Below are positions 24,425 through 38,569 of a DNA stretch of 64,000 bases, one piece after another; position 1 is the first letter of the stretch, and each line of letters begins with the position of its first letter. The position numbers and the translations under genes are program-made. This DNA comes from Atractiella rhizophila (lineage: Eukaryota), in contig MU271282.1 in assembly GCA_021432655.1 (NCBI GenBank), forward strand, positions 1-64,000. The letters are read 5' to 3'. The notes under the pieces were generated by a model, which was not told the DNA's origin, did no database searches, and saw nothing but the letters and a program-made list of their open reading frames with translations.

Positions 24425-25990
24425 ATGGGCCTCGCACAATATTATATGTCGTCACAACATACCCTGAGCATAAAAAGGAGACACTTCGTACTCAAACAAC
24501 AATCGGTTGTGAGATCGAGATGCCACCATCATCATATGGCGAAGTTGTCCGTCCCGTCGTCGTCTCTATCGTCCTCTCCTTCTGTCTGTGGGGGATCGGA
24601 CTCTCTCAGGTCTGTCCCCTTCTATGGAACCGTACAGCTTTCTTACGAGCGTGACAGTTTCATCACTGTTTTAGTATGCTCCAGTCGGTACGCTAGACCA
24701 TCCTACCCTGTTTTGTACTGAAGAATCAAATTGTACCAAATGTTTCGGAACAGTCAAGAAAGATACCTGCTCTTGAGCTCTCAGCTCTCCTCGTTGTCGA
24801 CGTGGTTGACTCGTGAGTCACTCATTTCAAGAGATGAACCTCCCAGATTGACTGCGGCTGATTAAGTGTCACAAAACTTATATGGTCCGAAGCGTTTATT
24901 CGCGGCGCTGCCTTGCACACTCTGTCGGATTTCATAGCGTATGCCTTCTTTCCTTCTATCTCCTGCCCTGAGAATGGCTGAACTTCATATTATAGCCTGC
25001 CAGATCATGGCATAGCCGTTTTGTCCAAGTTGTTTCTCTCTGTTCATCACCTACCGTCTGATGTCACGTCTCAGGTTCGTGACTGCTCCACTGATTACCG
25101 TCATATGCCACCTTTTGTATGCACGTCGAATCCATGTACTTCGAAACGGTGTTGGATCGAAACGCGCTAACTCCATAGTTCTCGTCACGGTTATCAGTCT
25201 CTCTGCTACCAATTATGCGGCGGCGCTCATCAGTGAACCATTTCTCCCTTCACGTTTGTCATCTGAGAAAACGCGTGCAGCCGCGTACATTTCTGCCGCT
25301 AATCCTCGTGCGTCCTGTCCAGCGTGAAGGAGAGTGATAACGCGAGTACAAGGTGATCAATGGATCCCCGCTATGATTCCCAGTCAGTCTCCTTCAGTTT
25401 CTAGTAGCCCAAGAATGACATCGACGTAGGCACCGCAGCCCACCTGGGTGGATGAGCCCTGATGGACTGCCTACTCTGTGTCTGCCTTGTCCTCACTCTC
25501 AGGAAGGAAGCCCGGCGCGCTGACTATCCTGTTCGTTCCGTCTCTTACACCCTCCTGCGCTGACAAACCTTCAGGCCACCAGAGATACATTGTTTCGCAT
25601 ATGCATGGATCATATCCGCAATCAAGTGATATTGACACAATCGGGGCAGTTGATTCACTTTGCCGTTGGATCCAGCATCCTCACATGCTCACTTCAAATT
25701 CTTGAACTCGTCCTCTTTCTCGCGTGTCATGGGACGGCTTATCACATCGCAAGCAGGTCTTCCCATGTCTTGTCCTCTCTATCTGTGACTCATGAGACGT
25801 AGTTACTATCATCGTCCCCAAGATATATATCCTCTGGTAGGTGCCAAACTTTTTGACTTCCATATGCTTATATGAAATCCCATCAGCATCCTTCTTTTCA
25901 TTGGCAGAGCGGGCTCGAGCAACTTAGCTTCCCACGAAACGGGGTTCAATTGGCGACCCCGACCAGATCGTGCTGCAAGTAAGTATGGTT
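24425..25990 (+). CDS. Multi-exon integral membrane protein, DUF6534-like; may be degenerate
   Basis: LYARRIHVL, LIHFAVGSSILTCSLQILELVLFL and IIVPKIY resemble the basidiomycete DUF6534 TM family. Many short introns; boundaries approximate. Confidence 0.45.
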
Positions 25991-28849
25991 TCTTCCCCCT
26001 GTACGTTGACTTACCTTGTTAGATCCCCACCGACGCTCAGAATATGGAGTGGCCTAAGCAGGGGAACGTGGACCTTAAGCTTAAGAGCGGAGTTTGTACT
26101 TCCTCATCCACGTCTCTATGAACCGATGAAAGCGTGTTGGTTATTCATCGATCATTAGTTTCCTTACGTTCTTTTACATTCTGCATCATGGCGGATTTGT
26201 ATTCTCGAGATTTTTATTTGAGTCTGTCGTTAAATTCCGTCTTTTTCCTAATTCGTGTTTTTTCTCAACTGTCAAGCTTGCGTCCAGCTTCTGTATGCAC
26301 CGTGGGTCTTAGCCGTGGAGATATTGTCAAGGGGAATCCAAGTGTTTTCCTCAGGTCATTACTTTTCTGTCAGTAATAGAATATAAGATGACGATGCACC
26401 TTCCTTCAGCAGTCATCCAGCACTTCTCTACAATTGCACTTAATGGGGCAATTGGATTGAGCTGGATATCCTAGGATCAAAGAATGTGGACTTCGTGGCG
26501 AACCTCGTTTTAGGGACCATATTCGGAAGTATTCACAAAGGTCGGGAAAAGTCGAGAGTCCTGAAAAGGAACAGGTGTCAGTGAAGGAAAAAACCACAAC
26601 TTATATAAGTCAATTGTTTCTACACTAGCTCATATGCCTTTCTCCTCCTCAGGCCAAGTGCTCATCCCAGTCACCATTCTCTCTGTCCGCAGCAAATTCA
26701 TGATTGAATCCTGAATCCTAACCTCTTCCCAATCTCGCATTCCTTCTGCCGGCTGCCCTTCAAAGCTGCTTGAAAACTTCTATTTTCGTCCAGTTCAGCC
26801 CTTCTTTGACTCCGATCCGATACGAACACTAACCAAGAAAATGTTCAACGCCTCTCTTGTCTTAATTCCAACCTCTTTAGCATGCATCAAACCCATCCTT
26901 GTCCTCCTAACATCGTAGTATGTGAGTCCAGCGCTTTCGATCGCTTGACTGACCCGTCGCTTACCAAGGGATAACAGTGGCCCTACGCTATTCTTTATCT
27001 TTCCAGCCTTGTTCGCGTTCGGAATTCACCACCTTTGATTTCCCTAATCCAACCAACGCCTCGAAACCCGACTTCGCAGCCAATCCGCTGTTCTTCACCA
27101 GATCTTGTAACCTTGTCGGATTCCAGGTATTTGCAAAGCCAGTTTGTCCGTCGTGTACTTCCAATCCTTGACCTCCAGCTGAGACATTAGCCTGTCAGGT
27201 CATCCCTGCTGTGCTTTGCCAAAATCACTAACCGCTCGCCGAACATCTTTCACTGCTTGCAAGGCCTCAGCACGAATCTCCATCATTCCCAGTTCCTGAC
27301 AGCATCACCGTACTCTTCGAACTTGGAAGCCAGTCCGACGTTGTATTTGGGGACCATTTGCGGAGTTGTGCTGAGGAGGTAGATCTCGGACATGTATAGA
27401 TCTCGGACGTGTTGATCGCTTCCACTCCACCTGAAGAAGGAGAGGACGGCGAGGAGATATCGAATACTGTGGCGAGGAAAAAATGGGCGGAGTCCACCTG
27501 ATCCAGAAGCACGGAAAACGCTATAGGTTCGAGGGCAGGCTGGAACGAAAGAAGGTCGGAAGCAGCAAAGAGAGGGACAACGTCAGAACCACAATCGCCT
27601 TCCGGCCTTGAAGGTCGTCGTCCGACGTGACCCTACTAACTCTAAGACACCTGTTATGTACAAGGCTCAAGCATAGCGGCGCGGTCCTGATCGCTTAGGC
27701 TTTACTGATGTTGTTTAGCTCTAATAGCTCCATCAAGGCACTCCAAAGTCGCTTCGTAGTTCTGTCTAACGAAGTCTAGCTCTGTTCTGATGCTCGGGGT
27801 TTCCCTAGAGCGTTCTAATTCACTTCATGAAAAGCGGTTGTGAAACAAGCGGCCTAAGTACGCGAAAGGAATCGCAAAATCAGATTAAGGGGGTGCTCAA
27901 GAAGAAACAATCAAAAATGATCTTGCAGAGGCAGGGGCCTACGTCTCAAATGTCATCAAATGTCATTCTTCCTTTTCGCCCCAAATACGAATGATGACAG
28001 TCCAGCGGACCACTCAGAACTGGAAAGAGCTGCTTCACCTCCTCTTTGGACGGGCTTGCATGATCGTCTCATTAGACGTCAGCAAGTCTGCTTAAACTGG
28101 TTCTTCATTCTGAATCGCTCGGAACCTTTGGCATACCCCAAGCAATGAGAAGGGAGGGATGCTCGTCGGAATGCGAAACAGGTTGCAGGAAGGAACCCGC
28201 GACTCCACCTGATAAATTTACAGGAAAAAAACTCAATATGGGCTTGTCCAGCTAGCTTCATCCAAACATGCGTGGCATAAATGCTTCCATCGCGGAATGC
28301 TGTCACTATACCACACTTTTACCACGCTTGCCTCCGTCGTGTGACGAGGTCTTGTCTTTCGACTCTTAATTTTATACTCAAATAGTGTCTTATATTCGTT
28401 GAGCAACCTGACTATGGGTTCCCTGGTTTCATGAGAAGTCGTTGTTTTCTCTTTTAACCTCAAACAAATGTATTACATTTAGCTGCTGAGCTCTTGCAAA
28501 CACATAGGCAGCAGCAACACAAGAACAAGTGTTTATATACATGAGAGCTGTGGCAAATACAAACTTCCAGAATGTTCATGAAGAAAGTATCACTAACATT
28601 TTACACATCTCCAACAGAACGTATTTATGAAGTGCCGAATGTATGGACAGCTGAAGAGAAGCCTGAGTCTTCGCACTCGCAGAAATAGCTTTGGAAATGA
28701 AAAAACACACAGCTGAATAATCCAGCAACACGACGTCAGATGCAAGGGGATCAAGTGAAAACGCAACGGGTCCGCTTCTTCAATTTGCCCTGTGGATTCA
28801 TATCCAGCTCCGAACCCATGATTTGGCGGAAAATACACTCGAAAACTGC

Positions 28850-29200
28850 AGCGAGGTTGACTCCTAATCTTGCTGATATGGCAAAGCTTCAAAAGAGAGG
28901 CTCCAGCCTCTGTTCCGACCGTTCGTTCCGTTCTGCGGTCACACTCGTTACCGATCAGGACGAAAGGAACATTTTCCTGCGAACAAAATAACGGTGTCAG
29001 TTGCAAAGAAACGGTTTATCCAAGTCGTTACTGGCTTGCCTTCTTGATACCAAGCTCCTCCTTCTGCCATACGATATTATCTCGTATTGGACGCAGTTCC
29101 CTGATGCTATCCATTGAATCCCAGGCGAAAACCCGATTGAAACCATCTCCAGATTTCATGTACAGGCTATCGAGAGCAGGGAACTATCTCTCGGCCGTGA
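28850..29200 (-). pseudogene. Ras-family (Rap/Rsr1-like) small GTPase fragment
   Basis: TAER*FPALDSLYMKSGDGF...SIREL and VPFVLIGNECD (NKxD altered). In-frame stop present; no P-loop exon found. Confidence 0.65.
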
Positions 29201-29499
29201 GGAAAACAAATTTGGGGATCTGATATCAATGGACGAGATCCAGATTGGGAGATTGGGAGGACTACTACATGATGGAAAGTGATGTGGCTGATGCTAGCGA
29301 AGACGATTAAAGGCATGCTGTTTATTTTTCTGTGTGCTCAAGATTCTTACTCGTTTTCTAGTGTGAAATATTGGCGTAGATTGGTGCAAGTTGTATATAA
29401 CATGCGTGTGTATAATTTTCAGATATATATCGTCTTATTCAACTTCCAGAACAGGTGGAAAGCGTGACAGGCATAGGAGCAAAGGAGTAAATGACAAAA

Positions 29500-29705
29500 G
29501 GAGCGTACGTTTTGCAAAAAGCCTCCACCAGGCCTTACTATTCCGTGAGGACCGAGGAGGCTCCTGGAGGCGTGAAGGCGACAGAGGATCGCTGAATCTA
29601 GGCTCCACCAGAAGGCGACTGAACTCCTCGTGTGCGCCTCCAAGGATCTCTAGATTCCTGGAGTGCCTCCTATCTGGACCGGGGAAAAAATACATTTTAC
29701 TGATG
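29500..29705 (+). repeat. DNA-transposon-like terminus with GGAGG/CCTCC subterminal repeats ending ACATTTTACTGATG (copy 1)
   Basis: Homologous to 49150-49424, and homology stops at the same 14-mer. Confidence 0.65.
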
Positions 29706-30837
29706 TGTGAGCAGATGTGACAACAAAGTTCTCTTTGACATCTCTCAGACACTTCTACCTTACTCTTTTGAGGGTATTGATTGCTCTGCTTCAGCTCTCC
29801 ACCATTGTACAACGACACATTCGTAAAGTCTCTCCTACCTACCTTTCTCGCTGCCGACGTGGCCGTCTTAATTTCCGGCTGTTGCCTCTCTTCCCCTCTC
29901 CTACACCGTACGTTAGCATGGTCGAGTGTTTGAGCATGTCAGCTGATTTGAAGATAGCTACTCAGGACCTCGCCTCTCCCTCCCTCCCTCCGGGCTCCCT
30001 TCCACTATCCAACCCCATACACAATGTCAAGATGGCCGCCTACGTCTACTATCAGAAATGCAAGACGTCTTCGGTATGTGCGTTGATTTACGTAGAAGGT
30101 GCTCTCTTTAAGTAGATAGTATGTCACTACGTGTCCCTGAACCATGAAGGTGGGAATGCTGGGAATATGACGTTGGCGATGGCGCAGAAGCAGGTGTAGT
30201 CACACGGAGATACAACAGTTAGCTTCCTCCTTTGTCTCGCCAACTTAACGTCCAGAGAACCCTGGAGTTCATCTGTTTCCTGGTGCACACATCTGTTCTT
30301 ACCACCATCCCCACTGACCTTGCATATTCAGTGCTGCGCTGATGCATTTTCCGTTTTCCTCCTTGCCAACGGTACGTTCTCCCACCTACCCTGCCACCTC
30401 TTTACTCATCTTGTTCGAGCTGGTCCTGATCTGACCATTGCTTCCGGCATGAGCGATCATGCCATCGCCTTTCCAAGACGAATTGTACGTCCTCTCACAT
30501 TTCATTTGCCTAGACTGACACTTTGCTCACAAGTCTCTCCCCCCTCAGCAAGCTGCTGGGAATGAGAGCGAATGCTCTCAGAGAGTACTAGAGATGTAGT
30601 GGAAGGTAGAGTCTCCTCACTTTGGCTTTGGCAATGGCTGCTGATGGCGGACTAGTTCACTTGGTGACCTCGGACTTTGTGGGCAGTTCTAAGTCTGGAA
30701 AGATGCAACGAAATCGTTAGAGTGAAGCAGAGTACGGCACGAGGAGACCGCAGACAGGTATGTAGGCTCCATTTGAGCCAGGTATGGATTCTCCGCTTTG
30801 CAGTTCCAAAGAGGATTTTCTAGATTCCAAACTCAAC

Positions 30838-30978
30838 TAGGGACTGATATGAGCGTATCATGACAAACTCATGAACAATTCACATCATAATTTCGCTATC
30901 TTTCCGAACTCATGTTCATATCATGTTCATACGATCAAATCATGATTCAATCATGAAAACGGATGAATGAGTTGTGAA
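30838..30978 (+). repeat. Possible hAT-type terminus (TAGGGACTGA) with TCATG-rich subterminal repeats, cut by a Helitron
   Basis: TAGGG start followed by many TCATG/TCATGA motifs that stop at 30978. Confidence 0.4.
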
Positions 30979-31270
30979 TCCTTATATATAAAGCACGACG
31001 GGTTTTAACCATGACTCACATGTGTACATTTGAGCCCTTATATCACCACCCACAACATCTCTTTTAGAATTCTGAGCATACCACAAGAGTACGCGTGTCG
31101 GCGCCGTTCGAACCGTATACAGCAAAGCCCATTTTGAAAGACGAAAAAAAAGTGTTTGGTGACTGAGTTAGGTGACTTCTGAGCACTTTGAGTAGAATTT
31201 GCGTTACCTACTCAAAGTAAGGTGACAAGGCATCAAGTTTATGCTGTGGTGTAGTTGGTGTATGGTTGAG
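30979..31270 (+). mobile_element. Helitron 5' end (A|TC) with A-box-like motif
   Basis: Same start as 6654(-). TGGTGTAGTTGG at 31247-31258. Confidence 0.6.
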
Positions 31271-31560
31271 ATCCAAGTGAGTGATTGGCAATACTATCCT
31301 ATGTGTTGCTGCCCCTCTCTTTCTTTGAGGCTTCTGAAGAACCCTGCCTTGGATTCTGCATATCCGCCATTGATGCATGCAGGAATGATGTAAATCGACA
31401 TAAGAGCGGGCATCCGATGCGAGCTCAGGTCACTGCCCATTATAAACAAGAATGCATGCCTCCTGGGACACTATATGTGGAGTCATGACTCTCCTCTTCC
31501 TCTTCGCACTTGCCAGCAGAGCAACCTGGAGACCGCTCAACCTGCCACTCATTTCTTCAA

Positions 31561-32905
31561 CAAGTGTGTCAGTGCCCTCGTCCCTCGGGCATCCCCCCCG
31601 CCAGGGGCGAAGCCCCTTGGACCCCAGCCTCCGGCAGCCACTGCGTGGGGCCTCGCCTTTGGCGAGCACAGACTCACCATATGTACTCTACTGTCTTCAA
31701 AAAACAATGAAAAGCTGAGTGGTCTCCAAGGTACGAGGAGAACCACTTCAGCTTTTGACTATACTGTTAGGAACATGCTGAGAGATGATCAGTGATTGAG
31801 TACTCGTAACACTTCTTTGTAAACTACATTATCTGTTTGCTTGTTTTCCTCTCCTTGCTTTGTTTTGACCAATACTCGTAAATTGGTCACATTTGAAACC
31901 TATGAAAAACCAACATAAAGCTGCCCATGAGAGAAAGGAGAAGACTCTAAGTACAAACCCACATGTCCAACAGATTGTCCTTGCTCTTTATTCAGAGTTA
32001 AGGCAAACGCTAAGCACACAGGGAATTGAAAGCCCCGGAATTGAAAAGGAAGCTGGTTTGATACTACACTGTCAATGCCGATTCGAGGAATGAGAACTGA
32101 TTCCCCACTGTGTGCACCTGTGCACCTGTATTGATGGTTGCTTCGATGACTCGCCGGAGAATGAGTGACTATGAGGCGTGTGCCATTGCACAGGCCAGCA
32201 GATGGATTGAGATTTCACAGAAGGATGATGGGTGCACCGATCTTGAGATGTAAACGATGTGAAGGGAATCCAGAGATCTCCAGGGTATTCAGGTACTCAA
32301 CAGAGAAGCGATTTCTGAGATCTCCCTCGTCATCTATAATTTGATCTGCACTATAATATACCTGATCTCCTGTGGATTCGAGCCACTGAATCAAGCGATC
32401 GTTGATGCCATCCACATCCACATTCTTTGCTGCTAGAATCATACGAACCGGAAGTATTCTTGAAGGAAGCTCAGAGCAGAGATATTTGGCAGAGAACCTA
32501 GTTGTCCATAAATTGAGCGCAACACATGGGCTATGTAGCATATGCTTGGTGACTATTTCAAATAATACAGGGTCCTTGTCCAGATCAGGCAGCTCTGCTT
32601 GAATTACTCGATCAATGGCTGCCTCATCCCTGATAAGATCTTCAGGATGAAGAATCAACAGGATGTGGGCATGTGGTAGACCTCTCTTCTGAAATTCCAT
32701 GACCCAGACATATCCGATAACCCTTTCAAAGATCTATCGTACCACTAAATCCTTGATGTACTCCAGAGCCTTCAGTCGAAAAACCCTGGAAACCAAATCT
32801 GGTCGATCCTCTGGTTTTTGTCCTGGTAGGAGGGCTTCCATGATCTCTGCCCAGTGTGGGTTGCAAGTGAAGGTTGTAAAGATATTTGGGGAGAAGCATT
32901 TCTGA
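31561..32905 (-). mobile_element. Internally deleted Helitron: Rep (HUH) fragment fused to helicase fragment, intact 3' end
   Basis: FTTFTCNPHW, DRPDLVSRVF, EFQKRGLPHAH, then FPSHRLHLKIGAPIILL. The 3' hairpins are near-identical to 16530-16610. Ends CTTG|T at 31564-31561. Confidence 0.9.
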
Positions 32906-33329
32906 TAACGGACAGATGGAATAAAACTGATCTTTCTGGACCTTCCTAAGTGCAGAGGTCGCATGTTGTTATATAGCATTTTCCCAGAATATTCAACCAT
33001 ATTAGATGTTGGCCTTGGGTCACTCGTCGTGATCATTCAGTATCATCATCTAACCCATTCACCTTGAAGAACTCCAATCCTGTAACCTCAAATCTTGTCC
33101 CAAGTCGCTCCGTCAGCTTTCGTAGTTGGACCATTGTTGTCGGTTTAAGTCAATGGTTGGAACTCCATGAGACAGATATTGAAACCTAAGGTTTAATCAA
33201 CAGTGTATATCCTCCGTCGCTGACATAGACATAGTTAGTTACATAAGAGCTGTAGTGCCGCCAACTCGAAGCAACACGAAATCGGAACTCGAGACTTTTG
33301 GCGGCACACAAACCATTGCTGAAAGATCA

Positions 33330-33853
33330 AGAATGAAAATTACAATCACCCCAGCATGAATTAGGCTTAAAGAAACTGCCTGAGAGGGATGTCTTGGATT
33401 CCAGGAATTGTGTGACCTGATGTGAGGAGAAAGTCCAAAGTCTCGCAGGAACTCTCAAGGAAAATGTCGAGAATTCGAGGTCGCGAGATCTGGAGGAAAG
33501 ACTTTGCTCTGCTGCAGACACAAATGCGGTCAATTCCGTGTCCAGTCGCCTGAGGGTGTGGGGATGCAAGATGGGGTCGAACAAAGATCGCATGAGCTTG
33601 ACTGTCAGCTCTTTAGTTCATTACGCAGGGTCAATCTCTGCAAATGCTGAAAGTGACATTGGCACTCTTGAGCTTGGGCATCTTGTGCGGCCGCCATTAT
33701 TGGAACCTTTTTTAGCTTCAATCGCACCAACCGTAATGAGAGACGGAGGTGTGGGAAAGAATCAATCAGGTTCCCTAAGAAAGCGCTGGTGAGCTTAAGC
33801 GTTGTCAAACTTGGTAGGACTAAGATAATGGCGTCCTCATATCGCACGGTCAA
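33330..33853 (-). pseudogene. Decayed Leu-rich (F-box/LRR-like) fragment
   Basis: LPSLTTLKL, LVRLKL and LRRLDTEL patterns in broken frames. Confidence 0.25.
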
Positions 33854-36800
33854 GGGGAAGGGGAAACAATGAGCTGTCGATCGGATGGATAATGAGGTTC
33901 GGGAGAGGGAGAGGGAGGATAGTACGAGCTAGAGTGAGGATGAGAATGAGTTCTCATCCAGGTCTGACTGAGGTATGCCGTTCCTCTGTAGTTTTGTTTT
34001 TGTTCAAGCTCACAAGCTCAACTTGAAAGCTTCGCTTACTTCCTTCTCAGATCTGTGTTGGTGTGCACACATGTACATAGCAGTGACATGTTTATATCAT
34101 TCAATGTCTATATTTTACAAAGAGCACTGCTCAATCCTCATTTAGGCAGCCCGATAATCTTGAACGCACCTCTTCCAGTTAAAAACAGGTGGATATCCCA
34201 TTTGAAACAGGATTCCGAATCCTGTATTCTCCACCATGGTATAGGGATATTTCCTGTTTTCCAATCCCATATCTTTCCAGTAAATTACCAGTAATCTATT
34301 GCTTTATCCCGGTTTATTCCTGGAATTATTCCTGCTTCTTTTTGTTTGCATCACAGTCTTTTCCTGGCAAAGACATTCCACGGTGTGCGAGACTTCGTCC
34401 CTATCACCTCTGCCATCGACCCCACTTCCTCGAGGAAGTTTGTGAAGCTATAGATAGTATCTTGGGGCCCAAAATTGCCTCAGATCGTCTTGCAAACAGG
34501 TTAGATGTCTACATGGACAATATCGCACGACAGCCCGTCAGAGATGAGTTAATCGCAAATACTGGAGCATTTACCTTCTGGAGCAGTGCTGTTAAGGATG
34601 CTTTTGAGGAGGCAACCGACTTGACCCTAGAATTTGAACGTGATCCCACTGATCAAGGAACTCGCACTGACGGCAGGTACATGGTCGGGAAGCACACCAA
34701 GCTCCAAGCTCCAAGGGGAACTCAAAGGGGTATGCGTTTCTACCAACCTTGGACAGCAGATTGTTATGATGGGCAAGAGTGATGATGGGTATTGCACCAG
34801 CTTGTATCATGCAGACGACAGAATTGAAGCTGGAGACAATCAATAGTCACCAAGGCACATCCACACCTGAAATTCCACCTGCTACCTCTCTTTCTGGGCT
34901 TTAGGGCATAGGCATGGATGCCAAACAAGGGTACTTCATGACACCGGTAAGCGCTCTGGTTCAGCACTCCTATCATTACATTACAAAAAATATGTATGCA
35001 AGTAATGTAATTTTCACTGCTCATAATGAATTAAATCTATAAGCACATTATGATTACGGGACAGTCGAAAATATAGATTATAATCATTATAATCTCATAA
35101 TGTAATGCATAACTCACGGTTTCTTACAGCCTTTTGAGTGACCGATCTAACATCTGCTGTCTGGAGTTCCGGCCTGACAATGTTCTAGGTTCTCAACTTC
35201 TCAGCATATGACAATCCCCCATGCTTTCTTAGAATTTCGGAATCTTTTAACCTGTCAATGTCCATTGTCCGTCACTCAGTGCACAGCAATCATTGGTCAA
35301 TGTTCAGAATCAGAATCATCTCATATAAAGTGTGTTTATTGGCACCCACCATGACCAAGACCCACTGACATCTACCCCACCCCCCACACAACCAGCTGCT
35401 ATGGCAACTTTGACCCCAGTGTGGCATTCTTCAAGGCCCAATCTTGGGACAGGCCCCATAGACCGTTCGGTTTACACCGAGGATTCTGCTCCCTTGCCTC
35501 ACCGTGTTTCTCTATCACTTTCAACACCTAGTCACAACTCCTCTTTCTGTCTGTCGCTCAGTCAGCTTCCGGAGGCACGTTCGAGCGAGATGGCATTCTG
35601 CAACTCGAAGGATGCTTTTTTGCTATCACTTCCAACGTCGATCGAGGAAGTCAATTGCGCAAGTTCCCCTGGAGACTCCGATGAAGCGATGCAGAAAGTT
35701 ATCCGAGAGGAGATTATACGGTTGCTCCTTGTTTCATAATCTCGTGGGAACTGCACCATCCTCATTTTGGTGATTGAATACATCACTCGGCATTGTCCAT
35801 CACAACCGGGCATGCGAGTTAGTTACTTGCTAACTCGAGGGGCAGGCGGAGGAGCAGCACGAGAACGGCTTCTCCTCTTCTTTCAGCCGACTTCTTAGGT
35901 AAACCTTGGATATTTCGACAGCGAAATGACGAGATTGCTGCCAGGCGCTGGTAAATTTATCAAGTATACAAGAAGCTACTGCAGATCAATATTCTACCAG
36001 AATACCTACATCGTCACAAACTCGTTCATGTGGTCGCAGTCGCTGGTTGAAGACCCAGTTGCTGGTGGCCGCAGAAGTCGATGGGCTTTTATTCATCGTT
36101 GGACCTTTGACGACCCACTTGGGACAATGCAGCGCGTTTGGTCCCGCCGATCCCCCTTTTGACGTTAAAGTATTTGTGAAGAAACTCCGGTCATAAGTGT
36201 TCCATCCGTTTTAAAGTCTCAACTTGTGGAGACTGGAGGAGAACCTCCCGAATTACTTGGATTAAACACTGACAGGCTTCCTTGTCTTCAAACGAGGCTA
36301 CTATTTTTTCACCCTTTTAGAATTTCGAAAGCTCTCTTGCAGCTCCTTTTCGGTTGGTCGTTGCAAAATGGAGTCAACCTCCAGATTCATCACTGTTGGG
36401 AAGGTTGAGCTTACCAAAACACTTCTGGGCAATAGCAGCTCAACACACCTTCGATTCCGGGTTGTTTGCGTAGCGAGGAGACGGGAAAAGGCGAAAAAGG
36501 GTGATGATGGGACCAAAAATGGGAATTTGAAGTAGATCGTCCTCTTGGAAACCCTGAGTTTGTCCGTTAATATCCGTCTTTTTCGAGTCTCGTGACGTTT
36601 TGCTGAGGTATCCTTCGATCTTGAGTTTTATGCTAAGATACCCTTCGATCTGTTCGCAGCGCCTTTCTCATTATGAAGTTACCTTGTTGATCAAAACTGC
36701 AGATAACTCTCTCCCGCGACTCCTAATGTATTGCCCGAACCGGCAAAATTATTATGGATACAAGCCAGGATATCACTCCTGCTAGGGGCGAAACCGGGAG

Positions 36801-38569
36801 GGCTGGGCGAAAAGGTGGGGCAAGAGAAGGGAAGTGTGACTGAGACGTCAGAGGTGCAGTGAAGGGAGGAGTGCGCTTCGTGCGAGAAGTCAGTCTGTTT
36901 CAGATAAATTATTCAAAAACATTGTATTCTCATTCGTCACCGTTGATACATGAATCCTGTGTTTGCTGTCACCTCCACTTCGACTGTTCATAATAGTCCT
37001 GTACAAAATACGCCAGTTCTTGCCTTTTTAGCTCTCTGGCTCCTCCAGCTCCAGCTCCAACTCCAGCTCCAGCTCCCTCAATAGCGACTCCAAACAATAA
37101 CCATCGCCGCCACAGTCCTAGTAGAGTAGTCCACAGATCCTGTATGCTGGAGCTCAGGGCAAGGAAAACCAAGCAGCGGAGGAAGAATCTATGCTGGGGA
37201 AGTCGTGCCGGAGCAAGGGGGCGAACAGAACCTGGCGAGGAGCTGTAGATGACGGGGGGCAAGAACGTGCACATCGGAAGAGGGGGGGATCGGATGAGGA
37301 GGAATGAGTGGGTAGGAGCGTGGTCAAGAGTGAGAGCGAAGACTGGAAGTAACGCTTTCTCATATATCTTCGTTTTGTTATTGACCTTATGGCTTGAACT
37401 GTAACTGCAATGAATCCGTTTCATCCGCTCTGCACAGGGGCATGCTCTGGCTTCGAGGATAGCTGCCTAGTCCCTTCGCCTGGCCAACTAAACCGCAGTT
37501 TGAATATCACTCGAGTGATTGTGAGAAGACACACGTTCTCTTCAAGAAACCCATCGTATTTATTTTGTGGGAAAGTAGCGCCAATGAAGTCCGCAAACTT
37601 GGGGAATAAACTCAGGAAGAACGGAGACAAGGAAGAGAATTCTGCTCACTTGGAGAAGCTGATGAATAGCAGATCTATTGCCGGCATCAACCTGCTCTGG
37701 CCTAACAGAAGAAAGTATTCCTCTATTGATATTGTTGGAGTTGTTTGTGAAGAGGCTGTTGGAGATCGGCGCAGAGTCCCCATAGGAAGTAGGAACAGCA
37801 GGTAGCGCGAAAGGGGCTAGTTGGCTCATCGACCCCGAGAGGATCCGTGGGAAGAATGGGTCCTAAACATGTCTGTTGAGTGGAAACCCAGTTTTACGAA
37901 ATTTTTTATAACTCTGACCAGAAGTGAAGTTATCGACTACTGCAGTATAGATCCATGGGTCTCCTCCACAAAAGTGTTCATGCCAAATTCGTCTAAATTC
38001 ATGCTGGTGAGAGGACTAGCAGTCATTCTTTCCAAGTAATCAGGGTGACGAGGTGATGGGGCCAGAGGCTAATATTAATGCGCAATCAGCTAGAATAATT
38101 GGGTGTCATAAGAGGGTCGCACCTGAGGCGAAGGAATGGCTATGCTTGTACTTTGGCGTGTTTGATCCATCAGCACTCTGCTGAAGGAAACCGATGCAGA
38201 AGGAGAACGTGCCCGAAGTCGGCTCCACATTTGGCAAATCCTTTTGAGAGCAGGGAATTCGTTAAATCTCCGGCAAGCATGGGCCATATGCTGAGCGATG
38301 ACACTTGGCTTCTTCATCGGAGACTGCCGCACAGGGAGGTTTGTCGGAAGTCTGTCCAAGTGGACAGCAAATCTCTGCAGGAAGAATTCGAGCCTTTTTA
38401 GGCAGTTTCCCCCATTGTCTAGGTGACTGCAGTGCCCAGCGGAATCAGCCAGAAAGAAGGCCATTCCTTTGAGCCAGTTTTTGTGATCAGTGAGCAAAGT
38501 AATTGAGGTTTGAGTCTTGATGCCGCCATAGATTTTGATGAGAAGAATATCTGGGTACACGTCGAGAGG

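Noticed and set aside
26600..27560. Minus-strand gene with splice signals
   Set aside because: Multiple stops and no recognisable family, so it cannot be called.
35400..38400. Several short ORFs, including the low-complexity 36969..37424
   Set aside because: Fragmented frames with no motif I can support.
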